From: an uncultured Muribaculaceae bacterium
Lineage (GTDB): Bacteria; Pseudomonadota; Alphaproteobacteria; Rs-D84
Length of the DNA: 64,000 nucleotides
Assembly: GCA_965231035.1 (NCBI GenBank)
Contig: OZ246409.1
Span: 338,075 to 402,074 of the forward strand
Direction: 5' to 3'
Part shown: positions 19,378 to 29,935 of the stretch, piece by piece
Position numbering within the stretch: position 1 is the stretch's first letter
How the letters are laid out: each line of letters opens with the position of its first letter
The notes under the pieces: generated by a model
What the model was told of the DNA's origin: nothing
What the model saw: the letters and a program-made list of their open reading frames with translations, nothing else
Database searches by the model: none
Made by a program: the position numbers and the translations under genes

Positions 19378-19927
19378 GTTTATAAATATATAACCAATGT
19401 TGAATTCTGCCATCGTGATAAATTTTAACTTTATTTGTTGGTTTAATATTTGGCAAAGGAAAATCAACAGAAAATAACGTCTTAAATCTGGACAAATATT
19501 TTTCAACATTTCGCATTTCTGGTGTTAATAAGTAAGATATTCCAATATCAAAGTTTTTACCTGTTTTATCCAAATACTTGAAAGCATCTCCAAAAACAAT
19601 TTTTATATTCTTTAAAAATTTTGTGTTAATTAATGATTTCAGATATGGCGTTGGCATCATTTCTATTCCAGTTATACTTGCATTTGGGAACTGTTTTGCC
19701 ACAGCACAAACCATATTACCCCAGCCACTACCTATATCTAATACCGTTTTTACATCTGGAAAGTCTTTTTTTATTTGTGCCACTACTGCTGCTGTCTTTT
19801 TTTTACCAGCAGAAACGGCTGGTGCTCTTCTTGTAGCAACAGTTATAACTTGTTCAATCCCCATCAGAAAAAGGGTTACTGAAACTGTAATAAACAGAAA
19901 AATATAAAGGTAAACCAAAAAAAACAT
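19370..19927 (-). CDS. class I SAM-dependent methyltransferase (membrane-anchored)
   Basis: N-terminal TM; VLDIGSGWG motif I. Confidence 0.6.
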   Translation of the reverse strand: MFFLVYLYIFLFITVSVTLFLMGIEQVITVATRRAPAVSAGKKKTAAVVAQIKKDFPDVKTVLDIGSGWGNMVCAVAKQFPNASITGIEMMPTPYLKSLINTKFLKNIKIVFGDAFKYLDKTGKNFDIGISYLLTPEMRNVEKYLSRFKTLFSVDFPLPNIKPTNKVKIYHDGRIQHWLYIYKQK

Positions 19928-19940
19928 TTTTAGAACTTCA

Positions 19941-19972
19941 ATGTTTAAAAAACCGTGCTTTGCACGGTTTTA
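19941..19972 (-). terminator. intrinsic terminator
   Basis: Hairpin CCGTGCTTTGCACGG with a T-run on the minus strand. Confidence 0.55.
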
Positions 19973-19978
19973 ATTACT

Positions 19979-20296
19979 TTACCAACCTACCAACGCACAA
20001 TTAGCTATATTAGGTAAGAAGTTAAGAACAATTCCGATACCAAACAATAATGTAAAACCGACCAAAAGACCTGTACCTTTTTTCTTTAAATCGTCCATTT
20101 TGGCTTCACCAGCTGTTATGTACCCCCAAGCCCAACCAGCAATCATAAAGCCGGCACCAACGAAAGCCAAAGTACGAAGTGTTTTAAAAACACCCTGCAT
20201 GCTGGCAATTAATGCGCAAACATCACCAGTTGCTGCATTGGCCGCGCCCATTCCGGCAAAAATTGCAACTAAACTAAAAAATAAACTTTTTTTCAT
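19979..20296 (-). CDS. small membrane protein with TrbC/VirB2-pilin-like topology
   Basis: Signal peptide followed by two hydrophobic helices in about 105 aa. Strong AAGGAG RBS. Confidence 0.3.
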   Translation of the reverse strand: MKKSLFFSLVAIFAGMGAANAATGDVCALIASMQGVFKTLRTLAFVGAGFMIAGWAWGYITAGEAKMDDLKKKGTGLLVGFTLLFGIGIVLNFLPNIANCALVGW

Positions 20297-20429
20297 ATAA
20301 AAACTCCTTGTTATTTGATGTGATTGTACCATTATTTTAGTTATATTTCAAGGCAAGATACTTAAAAACTGTAAATAAAAATCCCTTAAATTTATGATAT
20401 AATCAAAATGTAATATATGGGAGATTTTT

Positions 20430-21377
20430 ATGAAATTTTCAGATTTTGGGCTGGTGAACTCGAAAAATATGTTTGTGGACGCGATGAAACGCAAGTTTGC
20501 AGTACCTGCTTTTAATTTTTACAATATGGAAACTCTGAAATCCATTATTGCCGCCGCCGATGAATGCCACAGTCCTGTTATTTTGGGCGTGTCCGAATCC
20601 GCCCTTAAATATATGGATGATGATTTGTTGATGGGTATGATTTACGGTTTAAAGTTAAAATCAAAAAACATCGTTTTGCACCTGGATCACGGACACAGTT
20701 TTGAATCTTGCAAACATGCAATTGATATCGGATTTTCCAGCGTGATGTTCGACGGCAGTGAATTGCCCTTTGCCGAAAATGTTAAACAAACCAAACGCGT
20801 TGTAAATTATGCAAAAAAGTTTAATGTATCAGTAGAGGCTGAATTGGGAACATTATCCGGAATCGAAGACGAAAACACAAAATCAGAAAATCACAGTTAT
20901 ACCGATCCCAGGGACGTTATAAAATTTGTTTCTGAAACAGGATGTGATTCTTTGGCAATTGCAATTGGAACCAGTCATGGTGCATACAAAAGAAAAAGTC
21001 CGAATGAAAAACTGCGTTTTGATATTCTGAAAGAAGTATCTAAGAAACTTTCAAAGTTTCCTTTGGTACTACATGGTGCTTCGACAATCCCGCAAAATTT
21101 TGTAAAAAACATAAATAAAAATGGTGGAAAATTATGTCATCCACTTGGTATCCCAGAGGCCCAGATAAAAAAAGCCGTCAAAATGAATATCTGCAAAGTT
21201 AATGTGGACAGTGACGCCCGTTTGGCTTTTACCGCCGCAGTTCGTGAAAGTTTAAATAAAAATCCAGAAAACTTTGACCCCAGAAAATATCTGACCACCG
21301 CCATGGAAAATATGAAAAAGATTTATATTCATGAAATTAAAAATGTTATGAATTCTGAAAATAAATCAAAAAAATAA
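20430..21377 (+). CDS. fba: class II fructose-bisphosphate aldolase
   Basis: HLDHGHS...MFDGS motifs; 315 aa. Confidence 0.85.
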   Translation: MKFSDFGLVNSKNMFVDAMKRKFAVPAFNFYNMETLKSIIAAADECHSPVILGVSESALKYMDDDLLMGMIYGLKLKSKNIVLHLDHGHSFESCKHAIDIGFSSVMFDGSELPFAENVKQTKRVVNYAKKFNVSVEAELGTLSGIEDENTKSENHSYTDPRDVIKFVSETGCDSLAIAIGTSHGAYKRKSPNEKLRFDILKEVSKKLSKFPLVLHGASTIPQNFVKNINKNGGKLCHPLGIPEAQIKKAVKMNICKVNVDSDARLAFTAAVRESLNKNPENFDPRKYLTTAMENMKKIYIHEIKNVMNSENKSKK

Positions 21378-21403
21378 CCGCCAAATGGCGGTTTAAAATT
21401 TTT
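21378..21403 (+). terminator. intrinsic terminator after fba
   Basis: Hairpin CCGCCAAATGGCGG followed by TTTAAAATTTTT. Confidence 0.55.
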
Positions 21404-21501
21404 GAAATAAATTAGAATGATGCAGGTGCGAAGCATTTGATATAGGGAGTGTAAAATGTTACATGACCGAAATCAAATGCCAGCAGATGCGTTATTATAA
21501 T

Positions 21502-22071
21502 TTATTTTGACCTTTCGACATATTCCAAGGTTTCCGTATTAACCACAATTTTTTCACCCTGTTCAACGAAAACCGGAACTTGGACGCGAACACCGTTATC
21601 CAATATTGCAGGTTTACCACCGGAACCAGAAACTGTCTGACCACGCAAAGCTGGTTCGGTTTCAACAATAGTTGCAATAACTGTTTTTGGCAATGTGATT
21701 GAAATCGGCTGACCTTCTACAAAGTTTGTCTTAACCATCATTTCAGGCTTCAAGAACTTTACCTGTTCGCCCAAAGAATCTTCTGGCATTGTGAATTGTT
21801 CGTAATCTGACATATTCATAAAATAAGAATTTGTTCCGTCCGAATACAAATATTGACAGTCCATATCTTCAACCAACAACTTTTCAACTTTATCTTCGGC
21901 ACGCCAACGATCGCCACCCTTATTCCCAGTGTCAATATCACGCAAGTCGGCTTGAACAAACGCGCCGCCTTTACCTGGTTTTACCTTGGTAATAGATGTA
22001 ACTGTGTATCTTTTGCCGTTGTGAGAAATTGCCCAACCAACACGCATATCGTTTGCTGTATGTGATGCCAT
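21502..22071 (-). CDS. efp: elongation factor P
   Basis: 189 aa with KPGKGGAF loop and three EF-P domains. Confidence 0.9.
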   Translation of the reverse strand: MASHTANDMRVGWAISHNGKRYTVTSITKVKPGKGGAFVQADLRDIDTGNKGGDRWRAEDKVEKLLVEDMDCQYLYSDGTNSYFMNMSDYEQFTMPEDSLGEQVKFLKPEMMVKTNFVEGQPISITLPKTVIATIVETEPALRGQTVSGSGGKPAILDNGVRVQVPVFVEQGEKIVVNTETLEYVERSK

Positions 22072-22129
22072 TTTTAAACCTCTTATTAACTAACCGTCAG
22101 ATTATACAATAAAAACCCAAATTTGCAAG

Positions 22130-22675
22130 CTATGCTTTACCTTCGCATTTTTTTGCCCGATATCTGTCGATGCTTTCCATTATAACTTTGTCTGCACGTT
22201 CACGATCTGCCCATCCAATAATCTTAGACCATTTGTTTGGTTCCAAATCTTTATAGTGGTGGAAAAAGTATTCTATTTTTGCACGCAGGATTTCTGGCAA
22301 TTCTTCAATAAAAGAAATATTTGTGTAATATGGGTCAATTTTATCGCGTGGAACACAGATTATTTTTTCATCCCCACCTGCTTGGTCTTCCATCAGCAAA
22401 ACGCCGATTGGTCTGACTTCAATCAAAACACCTGGGCGCAGTGGAGCATTACAAACAACAACACAATCCAATGGATCACCATCGTCACCAAGTGTTCCTG
22501 GAAAATAACCGTAATTCGCGGGATAAGCAACCGGAGTGTGCAGAATTCTGTCCACTTTCAGCAATCCGCTGGCTTTATCAATTTCATATTTTACAATACC
22601 ATTTTCAGGCACTTCTATAATAGCGTTCATTCTTTTTGGTGGCATATCGCCCGGTGATATATTTTCCATAACCAT
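22130..22675 (-). CDS. ppa: inorganic pyrophosphatase (family I)
   Basis: DGDPLDCVV...EVRPIG motifs. Confidence 0.9.
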   Translation of the reverse strand: MVMENISPGDMPPKRMNAIIEVPENGIVKYEIDKASGLLKVDRILHTPVAYPANYGYFPGTLGDDGDPLDCVVVCNAPLRPGVLIEVRPIGVLLMEDQAGGDEKIICVPRDKIDPYYTNISFIEELPEILRAKIEYFFHHYKDLEPNKWSKIIGWADRERADKVIMESIDRYRAKKCEGKA

Positions 22676-22744
22676 AATTATTCCTTGTTTTGTGCGGCAA
22701 ATGATAACATAGAAAAATCAAATTGCAATACTGATTATGAAAAT

Positions 22745-22780
22745 TCTATTAAAAAACCGCCAATTTGGCGGTTTTATTTT
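22745..22780 (-). terminator. intrinsic terminator after dnaN
   Basis: Hairpin CCGCCAATTTGGCGG with flanking A-run and T-run. Confidence 0.55.
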
Positions 22781-23897
22781 ACATTTTCAAAGGCATCAAG
22801 ATGAATAACGAATCCGTCTTTTTGTCTGTTGATTTAATAATTGTTGGTGACATAGAATCCTGCATTTCCATTTGGAATTTATCACCTTCGATTTGACCAG
22901 CAATATCCAACAAGAATTTAACACTGAATAAAATTGTGAATGAATTATCACCATTGTATTCGATATCCAGTTCTTGGGTTGCAGTTCCGGCCTCGGCGCT
23001 GGATGCATTGATAACCAGTTTGTTCATTGAAAAACTTAACTGAACCGATTTTGTTTTATCAACGCTGGCAACAGAAACCAAGTCAACTGCGGAAATAAAT
23101 TGTTTTCTGTCAAATATTGCAATTTTGTCATTGCCCTTTGGAATAACAACACGATAGTTTGGATACTGTGCGTCAACCAATTTGCTTGTCAAGATTGCAG
23201 TACCTACTGTAAATCTGGCCTTGGTATCTGACAATTCAACATGAACGTCGTCAACGGTTGCATCTTCTAATAATTTTGACAATTCACCAATAACGCGGCG
23301 TGGCAAAATAACAGATGGCATTTCCAAACTTCCCGATGGAGCTGACATATGACACAAAGCCATACGCTGTGCGTCTGTTGCAACAGCAGTCAGCATTTTT
23401 GCTTTGCCTTCTTCAGCAATGTGGAAATAGATACCACCCAAATGATAACGAACATCATCAACAGGGATTGCAAACTTTGTTGTATTAATCAAATTTGCCA
23501 AATCACCAGTTGTCATTTGGAATTTTGTTGTCAGGTTGCTGCCTGCCATTGCTGGGAAATTTTCAGCTGGCAAAGTTGGCAAACGGAAAACTGCACGACC
23601 ACTGGAAACAACCAATTGGTCACCAGATTGTTTAAAATTGATTTCTGCATCATCAGGCAACTTACGAACGATATCGTACAGCATCTGAACTGGAACTGTG
23701 ATTTTACCAGGCAAAGTGATATCGGCTGTGACGTGTTCAACCAATTCCAAATCTACGTTGGTTGCGGACAGAATCATATCATCTGCAACTTCGATTTTTA
23801 CGTTCATCAAAATAGGCAAAGTTGCACGCTTTTCAACAATAGATTGCATATGTCCCAAAGCACGTATCAAAACCTGGCGAAATACTGAAAATTCCAT
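22779..23897 (-). CDS. dnaN: DNA polymerase III beta sliding clamp
   Basis: 372 aa with the three-domain clamp pattern. Confidence 0.88.
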   Translation of the reverse strand: MEFSVFRQVLIRALGHMQSIVEKRATLPILMNVKIEVADDMILSATNVDLELVEHVTADITLPGKITVPVQMLYDIVRKLPDDAEINFKQSGDQLVVSSGRAVFRLPTLPAENFPAMAGSNLTTKFQMTTGDLANLINTTKFAIPVDDVRYHLGGIYFHIAEEGKAKMLTAVATDAQRMALCHMSAPSGSLEMPSVILPRRVIGELSKLLEDATVDDVHVELSDTKARFTVGTAILTSKLVDAQYPNYRVVIPKGNDKIAIFDRKQFISAVDLVSVASVDKTKSVQLSFSMNKLVINASSAEAGTATQELDIEYNGDNSFTILFSVKFLLDIAGQIEGDKFQMEMQDSMSPTIIKSTDKKTDSLFILMPLKM

Positions 23898-24040
23898 TTC
23901 TTGCTCCTGTTAATCAAATAAATTCATTTCATCAGCCAGATTTTAGCAAAAAATGCCGATTCGGAGCAAGGGTAAAAACAAGCCCTTTTTTGGCACTTTA
24001 CAATCATATAAAAAATAAATCCGCCCTGTTTGGGCGGTTT

Positions 24041-24808
24041 TTATTTTTTCATTAATCTTTCAATTTTTGATTTCAACTTTTTTAAATCGTCATATTTTTT
24101 TATTGCACCATGCTCGGCAATTGAAATGTCACCTGTTTCTTCGGATACAACCAGCGCAACGGACTTTGACACCTCTGAAATTCCTATTGCTGCCCGGTGC
24201 CTGGTTCCGTATTTCCACTTTAACTCATCTTTGGACAAAGGTAAAATTGCACCTGCGGATAAAATCTTATTATTTTCTACGATAACAGCACCATCATGCA
24301 GTGGCGTTTTATTAAAAAATATTGTCAGTAACAATTCGCTTGAAATTTCAGCATCCATAATTGTTCCTTTTTTTTCTATGGCTGCTTCATCCAATTCGTT
24401 TTGAAAGACAATCAATGCACCTGTTCTTTTAATAGACATATATTCCACAGCACTTACTATACTGTCTACAGATTTAGAAATTTTATCTTTGTCTGCATGG
24501 TTGGCACGTAAAGATATTGAATTAAATACCCCACGAAAATTTCCCATCATCGCCAAAAGTTTTCTTAATTCTGGCTGGAAAATAACTATTAAACTTAAAG
24601 AAAGGAACAATGATGTCCAACGCAAAAAACCTCCTAGTAAAGTTAAATGTAAACGATTAAACACAAAACTGGCAATCCAAAGTGCCCCCAGACCAAATAA
24701 ACCGTGTATTAATTTTTCCGAGGATGTATTTTTTATGAAAAGTCTGTAGAAAAACAAAAGTATTAACACAATAACAACCAGTTGAACAAGAATAACCCAA
24801 TTAAACAA
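24041..24808 (-). CDS. cdaA: diadenylate cyclase (c-di-AMP synthase), membrane-anchored CdaA type
   Basis: Three N-terminal TMs; DAC domain motifs DGAVIV, GTRHRAA, SEETG. Confidence 0.85.
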   Translation of the reverse strand: MFNWVILVQLVVIVLILLFFYRLFIKNTSSEKLIHGLFGLGALWIASFVFNRLHLTLLGGFLRWTSLFLSLSLIVIFQPELRKLLAMMGNFRGVFNSISLRANHADKDKISKSVDSIVSAVEYMSIKRTGALIVFQNELDEAAIEKKGTIMDAEISSELLLTIFFNKTPLHDGAVIVENNKILSAGAILPLSKDELKWKYGTRHRAAIGISEVSKSVALVVSEETGDISIAEHGAIKKYDDLKKLKSKIERLMKK

Positions 24809-24827
24809 TTTTTTACCCCCTTATAAT

Positions 24828-26912
24828 CTATTTTATAAATTTACCAACCAACTGAGACATCGGTTGATTTAACCAGTCAGGATCGCCTTTTTTTGCTGGC
24901 GCACCCTGTTCCATAGCAGTCTGACAAGGATGTTCGTCCGACAGCCAGTTTTCCAACAATCCGCCGGCCAACAATCCAACCCCTGCACCCGCAACCAGTC
25001 CTATACCACCAGTAAACGGTGCCAACATCAGACCAATTCCTGTGGCAGATGCAAACTTCCCCGCAACTGCCGCACGGTTTATTTTTACATCAGGTTCTGC
25101 CAAATTTCCAGAAAATTCTACAGAGTTTATAACATTACCAGTTATAGATAATTTCAAACCACGAACAGGCACAGTTGTCATAGAAGCTTTTAAATTTTCT
25201 TCACCCAAATTTAAATTTCCTGCCATTCTGACATTAATAGCATTTGTTTCAACAGCCACACCATTATTTGTTTCCGCTATTCCGTTTCGAACTTTTAAAT
25301 TTATTGCTGCACAAGATATTTTTACCTGGTCATATTTCTTTTTAGATCTGAACATATCTTGGATATTATGACGAAGGTTTGTTAAAAAATCTTCCCCATA
25401 TAAATCTGAAATAATTGTAGCATTCATGTATCCTGGGGCAACCGAGTAAATATGAATTGGACCTGTAACTGTTGACATTAATCCAGACAAATCATATCCG
25501 TGTGCTTCAAAATAAAATTCAAAATTTGCGGGTAATTCTGAAATACTGTCCATTTCTCGAACTTGTTCAAGTATTTCTCCGACATATATTCTTTCGCCCA
25601 ATGCGGTTGCACGTGCTATCAGCCTGTCATTTTTATCAACACTCAATTCTGTAACAACATGAACATTACCCTCGGCATATTTAGCTGCAAAATCCAAATG
25701 TGCCTCGGCATTTTTTAAATTTCCTGCAACTTTTATATCATGAACCTCCATCTCGCGATATATTTTAAAATTATCAATATTAACTTCAAGGTTTATATTG
25801 TATTTTTTTAACAACTCGCCATATAAAGGTGTATCCCTGAATACATTCAAATTACGACGGGTTGGTCTAATCCATTTATTCTCTGATTTACTTTGGTGTC
25901 CGTATAACTCTGGGAAAAGTTCTTTTAAGTCAAAATTTTTTGAATTTATACTTGCAGATATTGATGGCACAGAACCTACCCAATCGAACTTTCCGGATAT
26001 TCCAACATCACTGTTATTAAAACGAATATAAGATTTTCGCAAAACAAAACTTTTATTTTCTACTCCACCTGAAATATCAACATTCAAAGGCGGCGTTTCA
26101 GGAAGATTTACATTAAAAATATTTCCCAATAATTTCATATTTGGAATATTTCCTTTTAATATAAAATCTATTGGCATTTTGCTGGTACCTTCCAGCGCAA
26201 CATTTGCTATCAAGGCTTGTCCATCTACTGAAAAAGCCAATCTTATTGGATAAACTTTGCGTTCTTGATTAAATTCTGAAAAAGATATTATGAATGGATA
26301 TATTTCCGAATCGGAACTTATCCAACCGCTGTATTCCATAGAATCATTGCCAGAGCTGGAGCTGATATAAAAACCATCCAAAGAATAAACAGAATCTTTT
26401 GAATGTATAACCGCATTTCGTACTTCTATTGAATCTAATCCCAAATCAGAATTAAAAGGATATTTACTGTTTGTTTGACTTACAACTTCATTATTTTTTT
26501 GTTTCTTTTTCTTTACGGCAGTTTTCTCATATTGTTCGTCTTGCTTTATAAATAAAGATGCATCATAAATTTTTATTTTGCTAACCGTAGGTTTCCCACG
26601 AAGCAATGAAAACAGATTCAAAGTTACATCTATTCTTCTTGCCGAAAACTTATTTTTACCACTCTCAACAGGTTTTAATGTTACACTAACATCATCCAGT
26701 CTGACTTTTGGACGAAGCGAGAATTTCCAAGAAATACCACCCTTGATTTCCACAGGTAAATCTGTTGCTTCACGCAAACCTGTTACCAGTTCACCGCGCA
26801 AAGTTTCCAAATCAACCTGGGACAAAGCAATAAACAATGCAACAATCAAGCCTATTACAAACATAGCCACAATTCTTGCAATTCTATAAAATCTTTTATA
26901 TCTATAAAACAT
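24828..26912 (-). CDS. AsmA-family large periplasmic protein
   Basis: N-terminal TM anchor, about 690 aa, Gly-rich C-terminal helix. Confidence 0.45.
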   Translation of the reverse strand: MFYRYKRFYRIARIVAMFVIGLIVALFIALSQVDLETLRGELVTGLREATDLPVEIKGGISWKFSLRPKVRLDDVSVTLKPVESGKNKFSARRIDVTLNLFSLLRGKPTVSKIKIYDASLFIKQDEQYEKTAVKKKKQKNNEVVSQTNSKYPFNSDLGLDSIEVRNAVIHSKDSVYSLDGFYISSSSGNDSMEYSGWISSDSEIYPFIISFSEFNQERKVYPIRLAFSVDGQALIANVALEGTSKMPIDFILKGNIPNMKLLGNIFNVNLPETPPLNVDISGGVENKSFVLRKSYIRFNNSDVGISGKFDWVGSVPSISASINSKNFDLKELFPELYGHQSKSENKWIRPTRRNLNVFRDTPLYGELLKKYNINLEVNIDNFKIYREMEVHDIKVAGNLKNAEAHLDFAAKYAEGNVHVVTELSVDKNDRLIARATALGERIYVGEILEQVREMDSISELPANFEFYFEAHGYDLSGLMSTVTGPIHIYSVAPGYMNATIISDLYGEDFLTNLRHNIQDMFRSKKKYDQVKISCAAINLKVRNGIAETNNGVAVETNAINVRMAGNLNLGEENLKASMTTVPVRGLKLSITGNVINSVEFSGNLAEPDVKINRAAVAGKFASATGIGLMLAPFTGGIGLVAGAGVGLLAGGLLENWLSDEHPCQTAMEQGAPAKKGDPDWLNQPMSQLVGKFIK

Positions 26913-26928
26913 TTGCTTCTTTATATTT

Positions 26929-27900
26929 TTAATCAGGTATTTTAAATTCCAAAAACTTAATCACTGGTCGCATAAACTCTGGTAATTCTGCACGAATTGT
27001 CATTATCTTTCCCGTCCTTGGATGGCGAAATGATAGCTTGTATGCGAATAAAAACAAGTTTTTTGTTGCAAGCAATGAATTTAATGTGTCGTCTATCTTT
27101 TTATGATTACGCCCATAAACAGTATCACCAACAATTGGTGCCCCCAATGAAAATGCACTGTGTATTCTTAGTTGGTGCGTGCGACCTGTTCTGGGAAAAA
27201 AAGAAACCCAAGATAATATTCCTGACATTTCTGATATGACTTTGTATTCCGTAATAGCACGATATGGTTTTACACCGTCTGGTAATTTTTCATCGTTTTC
27301 GACAATACCACCCTTGATCATCAAATTATCGATAACCCCAGATTTTGGTGACACACCGCCAATCAATAATGCCAAGTATTCTTTTTGTGCAGTCTTATCT
27401 TGAAACTCGGTCGCCAAAATTTGTGCAGCCTTTTGATTTTTTGCAACAATCAAAACACCACTGGTTTCCTTGTCCAATCTGTGCACTAAAGAAATTTTAT
27501 CGTACGGAAATAACTCGGCTGCCATTTTATCAACAGACTTCGATATTCCTGTACCACCTTGGACCGCCAAACCTGCAGGCTTGTTAAAGACAACAACATC
27601 TTCGTCATTGTGAATTATGCACCTGCGCAACTTTTCCAAATCTTCCAAAGAAAACCTGTTACCACTTTCGGTCTTTTTAATTTTCTCTTGGGTATATTGA
27701 ACAAAAGTTGGCGGAACACGAACCACATCACCAGCACGCAGAATTTCTTGTCCACGACAACGCGAAGAATTAATCCTGATTTGACCACCACGACAAAGTT
27801 TATAGAATTCAGACGTCGAAAGTCCTGGATAGTGACGCAGGAACCATCTCAACAATCTTGTGCCATCTTCTGTTTTATAAACTTCGACTGGTTTTTGCAT
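26929..27900 (-). CDS. 23S rRNA pseudouridine synthase, RluA family (RluC/RluD-like)
   Basis: S4-like N-terminus; HRLDKETSGVLIVAKN catalytic motif. Confidence 0.85.
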   Translation of the reverse strand: MQKPVEVYKTEDGTRLLRWFLRHYPGLSTSEFYKLCRGGQIRINSSRCRGQEILRAGDVVRVPPTFVQYTQEKIKKTESGNRFSLEDLEKLRRCIIHNDEDVVVFNKPAGLAVQGGTGISKSVDKMAAELFPYDKISLVHRLDKETSGVLIVAKNQKAAQILATEFQDKTAQKEYLALLIGGVSPKSGVIDNLMIKGGIVENDEKLPDGVKPYRAITEYKVISEMSGILSWVSFFPRTGRTHQLRIHSAFSLGAPIVGDTVYGRNHKKIDDTLNSLLATKNLFLFAYKLSFRHPRTGKIMTIRAELPEFMRPVIKFLEFKIPD

Positions 27901-27964
27901 ACTAGGAATTTATACAAAACACAGACATAATACCAGCAAAATTTACATCTGTGATTGCTTTTAG

Positions 27965-28429
27965 TTATTCGCCGTAAACTAAGGTTACTACATTTGTTCC
28001 ATTATCGCTGGTACAAACACCACTAGCACCGCCCTTTTTACCATCAGAAATTTGATATCCAACTGTATCAGACCATGCTTTGGCTGTAAAATATTCACAA
28101 TCAGATTTTGACAGACCATTAATTGTTAAAACAAATTGTCTGGAATTAGACGGATTAGCCGCCAAAGCATAATTTCCACCATAAGGGTTCTTTTGTGACA
28201 TTCCAATTGCACCCCAAATTGTTGTATTATTTATATTGGAAAAATCATCATATTCCGCCAACAGCTGGCGAACACCTGTTACAATTTGTGCGACTTCGTC
28301 ACTTACGGTTGATCTTTTTTGGCTTCTCATTGCCGTAGAAATCATTGTCACTGCACCAACAGTTATTAACCCCATAATTGCCAAAACACCCAGCATTTCA
28401 ACCATTGAACGTCCAGACTCTTGCCTCAT
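27965..28429 (-). CDS. type IV pilin/pseudopilin-like protein
   Basis: Prepilin leader GRSMVEMLGVLAIMGLI with E at +5, followed by a hydrophobic helix. Confidence 0.6.
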   Translation of the reverse strand: MRQESGRSMVEMLGVLAIMGLITVGAVTMISTAMRSQKRSTVSDEVAQIVTGVRQLLAEYDDFSNINNTTIWGAIGMSQKNPYGGNYALAANPSNSRQFVLTINGLSKSDCEYFTAKAWSDTVGYQISDGKKGGASGVCTSDNGTNVVTLVYGE

Positions 28430-28485
28430 AATAAAATCCTTTTTATTTTTTGCTATTACTTGGGTTTTATTCTATCATAAAAACC

Positions 28486-29898
28486 ATGAATGTTCAATTT
28501 TCTAATCTTATTGAAAATAGTCCTATGTCGCCCGGTGTGTATAAAATGTACGATGCTGATGGTAACTTGTTGTATATAGGCAAAGCAAAGAATATTTCCG
28601 CCAGATTAAAACAGTATTTGGATATTTCAAAACTGGAATTGCATAAACAAATTATGCGAACACTGGTCAGAAAAGTTAGTTGGGAAACAACAAAAACCGA
28701 ATCGGATGCACTGATACTGGAAGAACAGTTAATCAAATCAGAAAAGCCCAGATACAACATCATGATGACTGATGGAAAAATGTATCCGATGTTGGCTTTG
28801 ACCAATTCTGAGTTTCCCAGATTATTAAAATTCCGTGGCAAAATATCCCAGAAACGCGATGTATATGGACCATACCCATCTGTATCGGCACTGAATGAAA
28901 CAATTAAAACAATTCAAAAAGTTTGTCAGTTAAGAACCTGTACTGATACTTTTATGAAGAACCGCACCCGCCCTTGTTTATTATATCAAATCGGCAGATG
29001 TTCTGGACCATGTGTCATTTCGCAAAAATCTTATAATGAAAATGTTCAACTGGCACGAAGAATTTTAACTGGTGACAGCGAACCAATTATTGCTGATTTA
29101 TCCATTCAGATGAAAAAATTTTCTGATGAAATGGATTTTGAATCCGCAGCAATTTATCGCGATAAAATTTCGGCATTGACCCATACGGCTGTACGTGGAA
29201 TCAAATCGAAAAAAAGTGATATGGGCATAAATTGGTACGAATCGGTTTCGGATTTGGAAAAATGGCTGGGGTTAAAAATTGAACAGGCTTGTGTTTTCGA
29301 TAATTCGCATTTGTTTGGCAAAACGCCTGTTGGCAGTATGATTGTCTTTGGTCATGATGGATTTGTAAAATCCGATTACAGACACTTTAAATTAAAAGAT
29401 GCAGCACGTGCCGGAAATGATATAGCAATGATGCAGGAATTTATTAGTCGTGCAGTTGCACATAAAAATAATACAAGTTTAATAATTGTTGATGGCGGAA
29501 TGGCACAGTGGAATATTGCACATAAAACTGCACCCGATATTTCAATTCTGGGCGTGACCAAGGGCGAAGTTCGAAATGGTGACGAACATTTTATAATGCC
29601 AAATGGGAAAACCAATCGTGATTTAAAAAAAGATTCTAAATTATTTTTATTACTGCGTGCTGTAAGGGACGAAGCACACCATTTTGCGATTTCATTTCAT
29701 CGCGCGCAATACGCAAAAAAAATGACCGCCAGCAGATTGGACGAAATTGAAGGAATCGGCGCAGCACGCAAACGTGCACTTTTGCACCATTTTGGTTCGG
29801 TAAAACAAATTGTGGACGCAAATTTGGATGCATTAGTACGGGTCCCAGGACTTGGAAAATCGGCTGCCGAAAAAATATATTCATATTTTCATGGATAA
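28486..29898 (+). CDS. uvrC: excinuclease ABC subunit C
   Basis: GIY-YIG N-terminus (GVYKMYD...LLYIGKAKN), RNaseH-like and HhH C-terminus. pgsA lies downstream as in the canonical arrangement. Confidence 0.85.
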   Translation: MNVQFSNLIENSPMSPGVYKMYDADGNLLYIGKAKNISARLKQYLDISKLELHKQIMRTLVRKVSWETTKTESDALILEEQLIKSEKPRYNIMMTDGKMYPMLALTNSEFPRLLKFRGKISQKRDVYGPYPSVSALNETIKTIQKVCQLRTCTDTFMKNRTRPCLLYQIGRCSGPCVISQKSYNENVQLARRILTGDSEPIIADLSIQMKKFSDEMDFESAAIYRDKISALTHTAVRGIKSKKSDMGINWYESVSDLEKWLGLKIEQACVFDNSHLFGKTPVGSMIVFGHDGFVKSDYRHFKLKDAARAGNDIAMMQEFISRAVAHKNNTSLIIVDGGMAQWNIAHKTAPDISILGVTKGEVRNGDEHFIMPNGKTNRDLKKDSKLFLLLRAVRDEAHHFAISFHRAQYAKKMTASRLDEIEGIGAARKRALLHHFGSVKQIVDANLDALVRVPGLGKSAAEKIYSYFHG

Positions 29899-29935
29899 AG
29901 ACTATAATTAACCCGTTAACAACAGGAGAACCATA

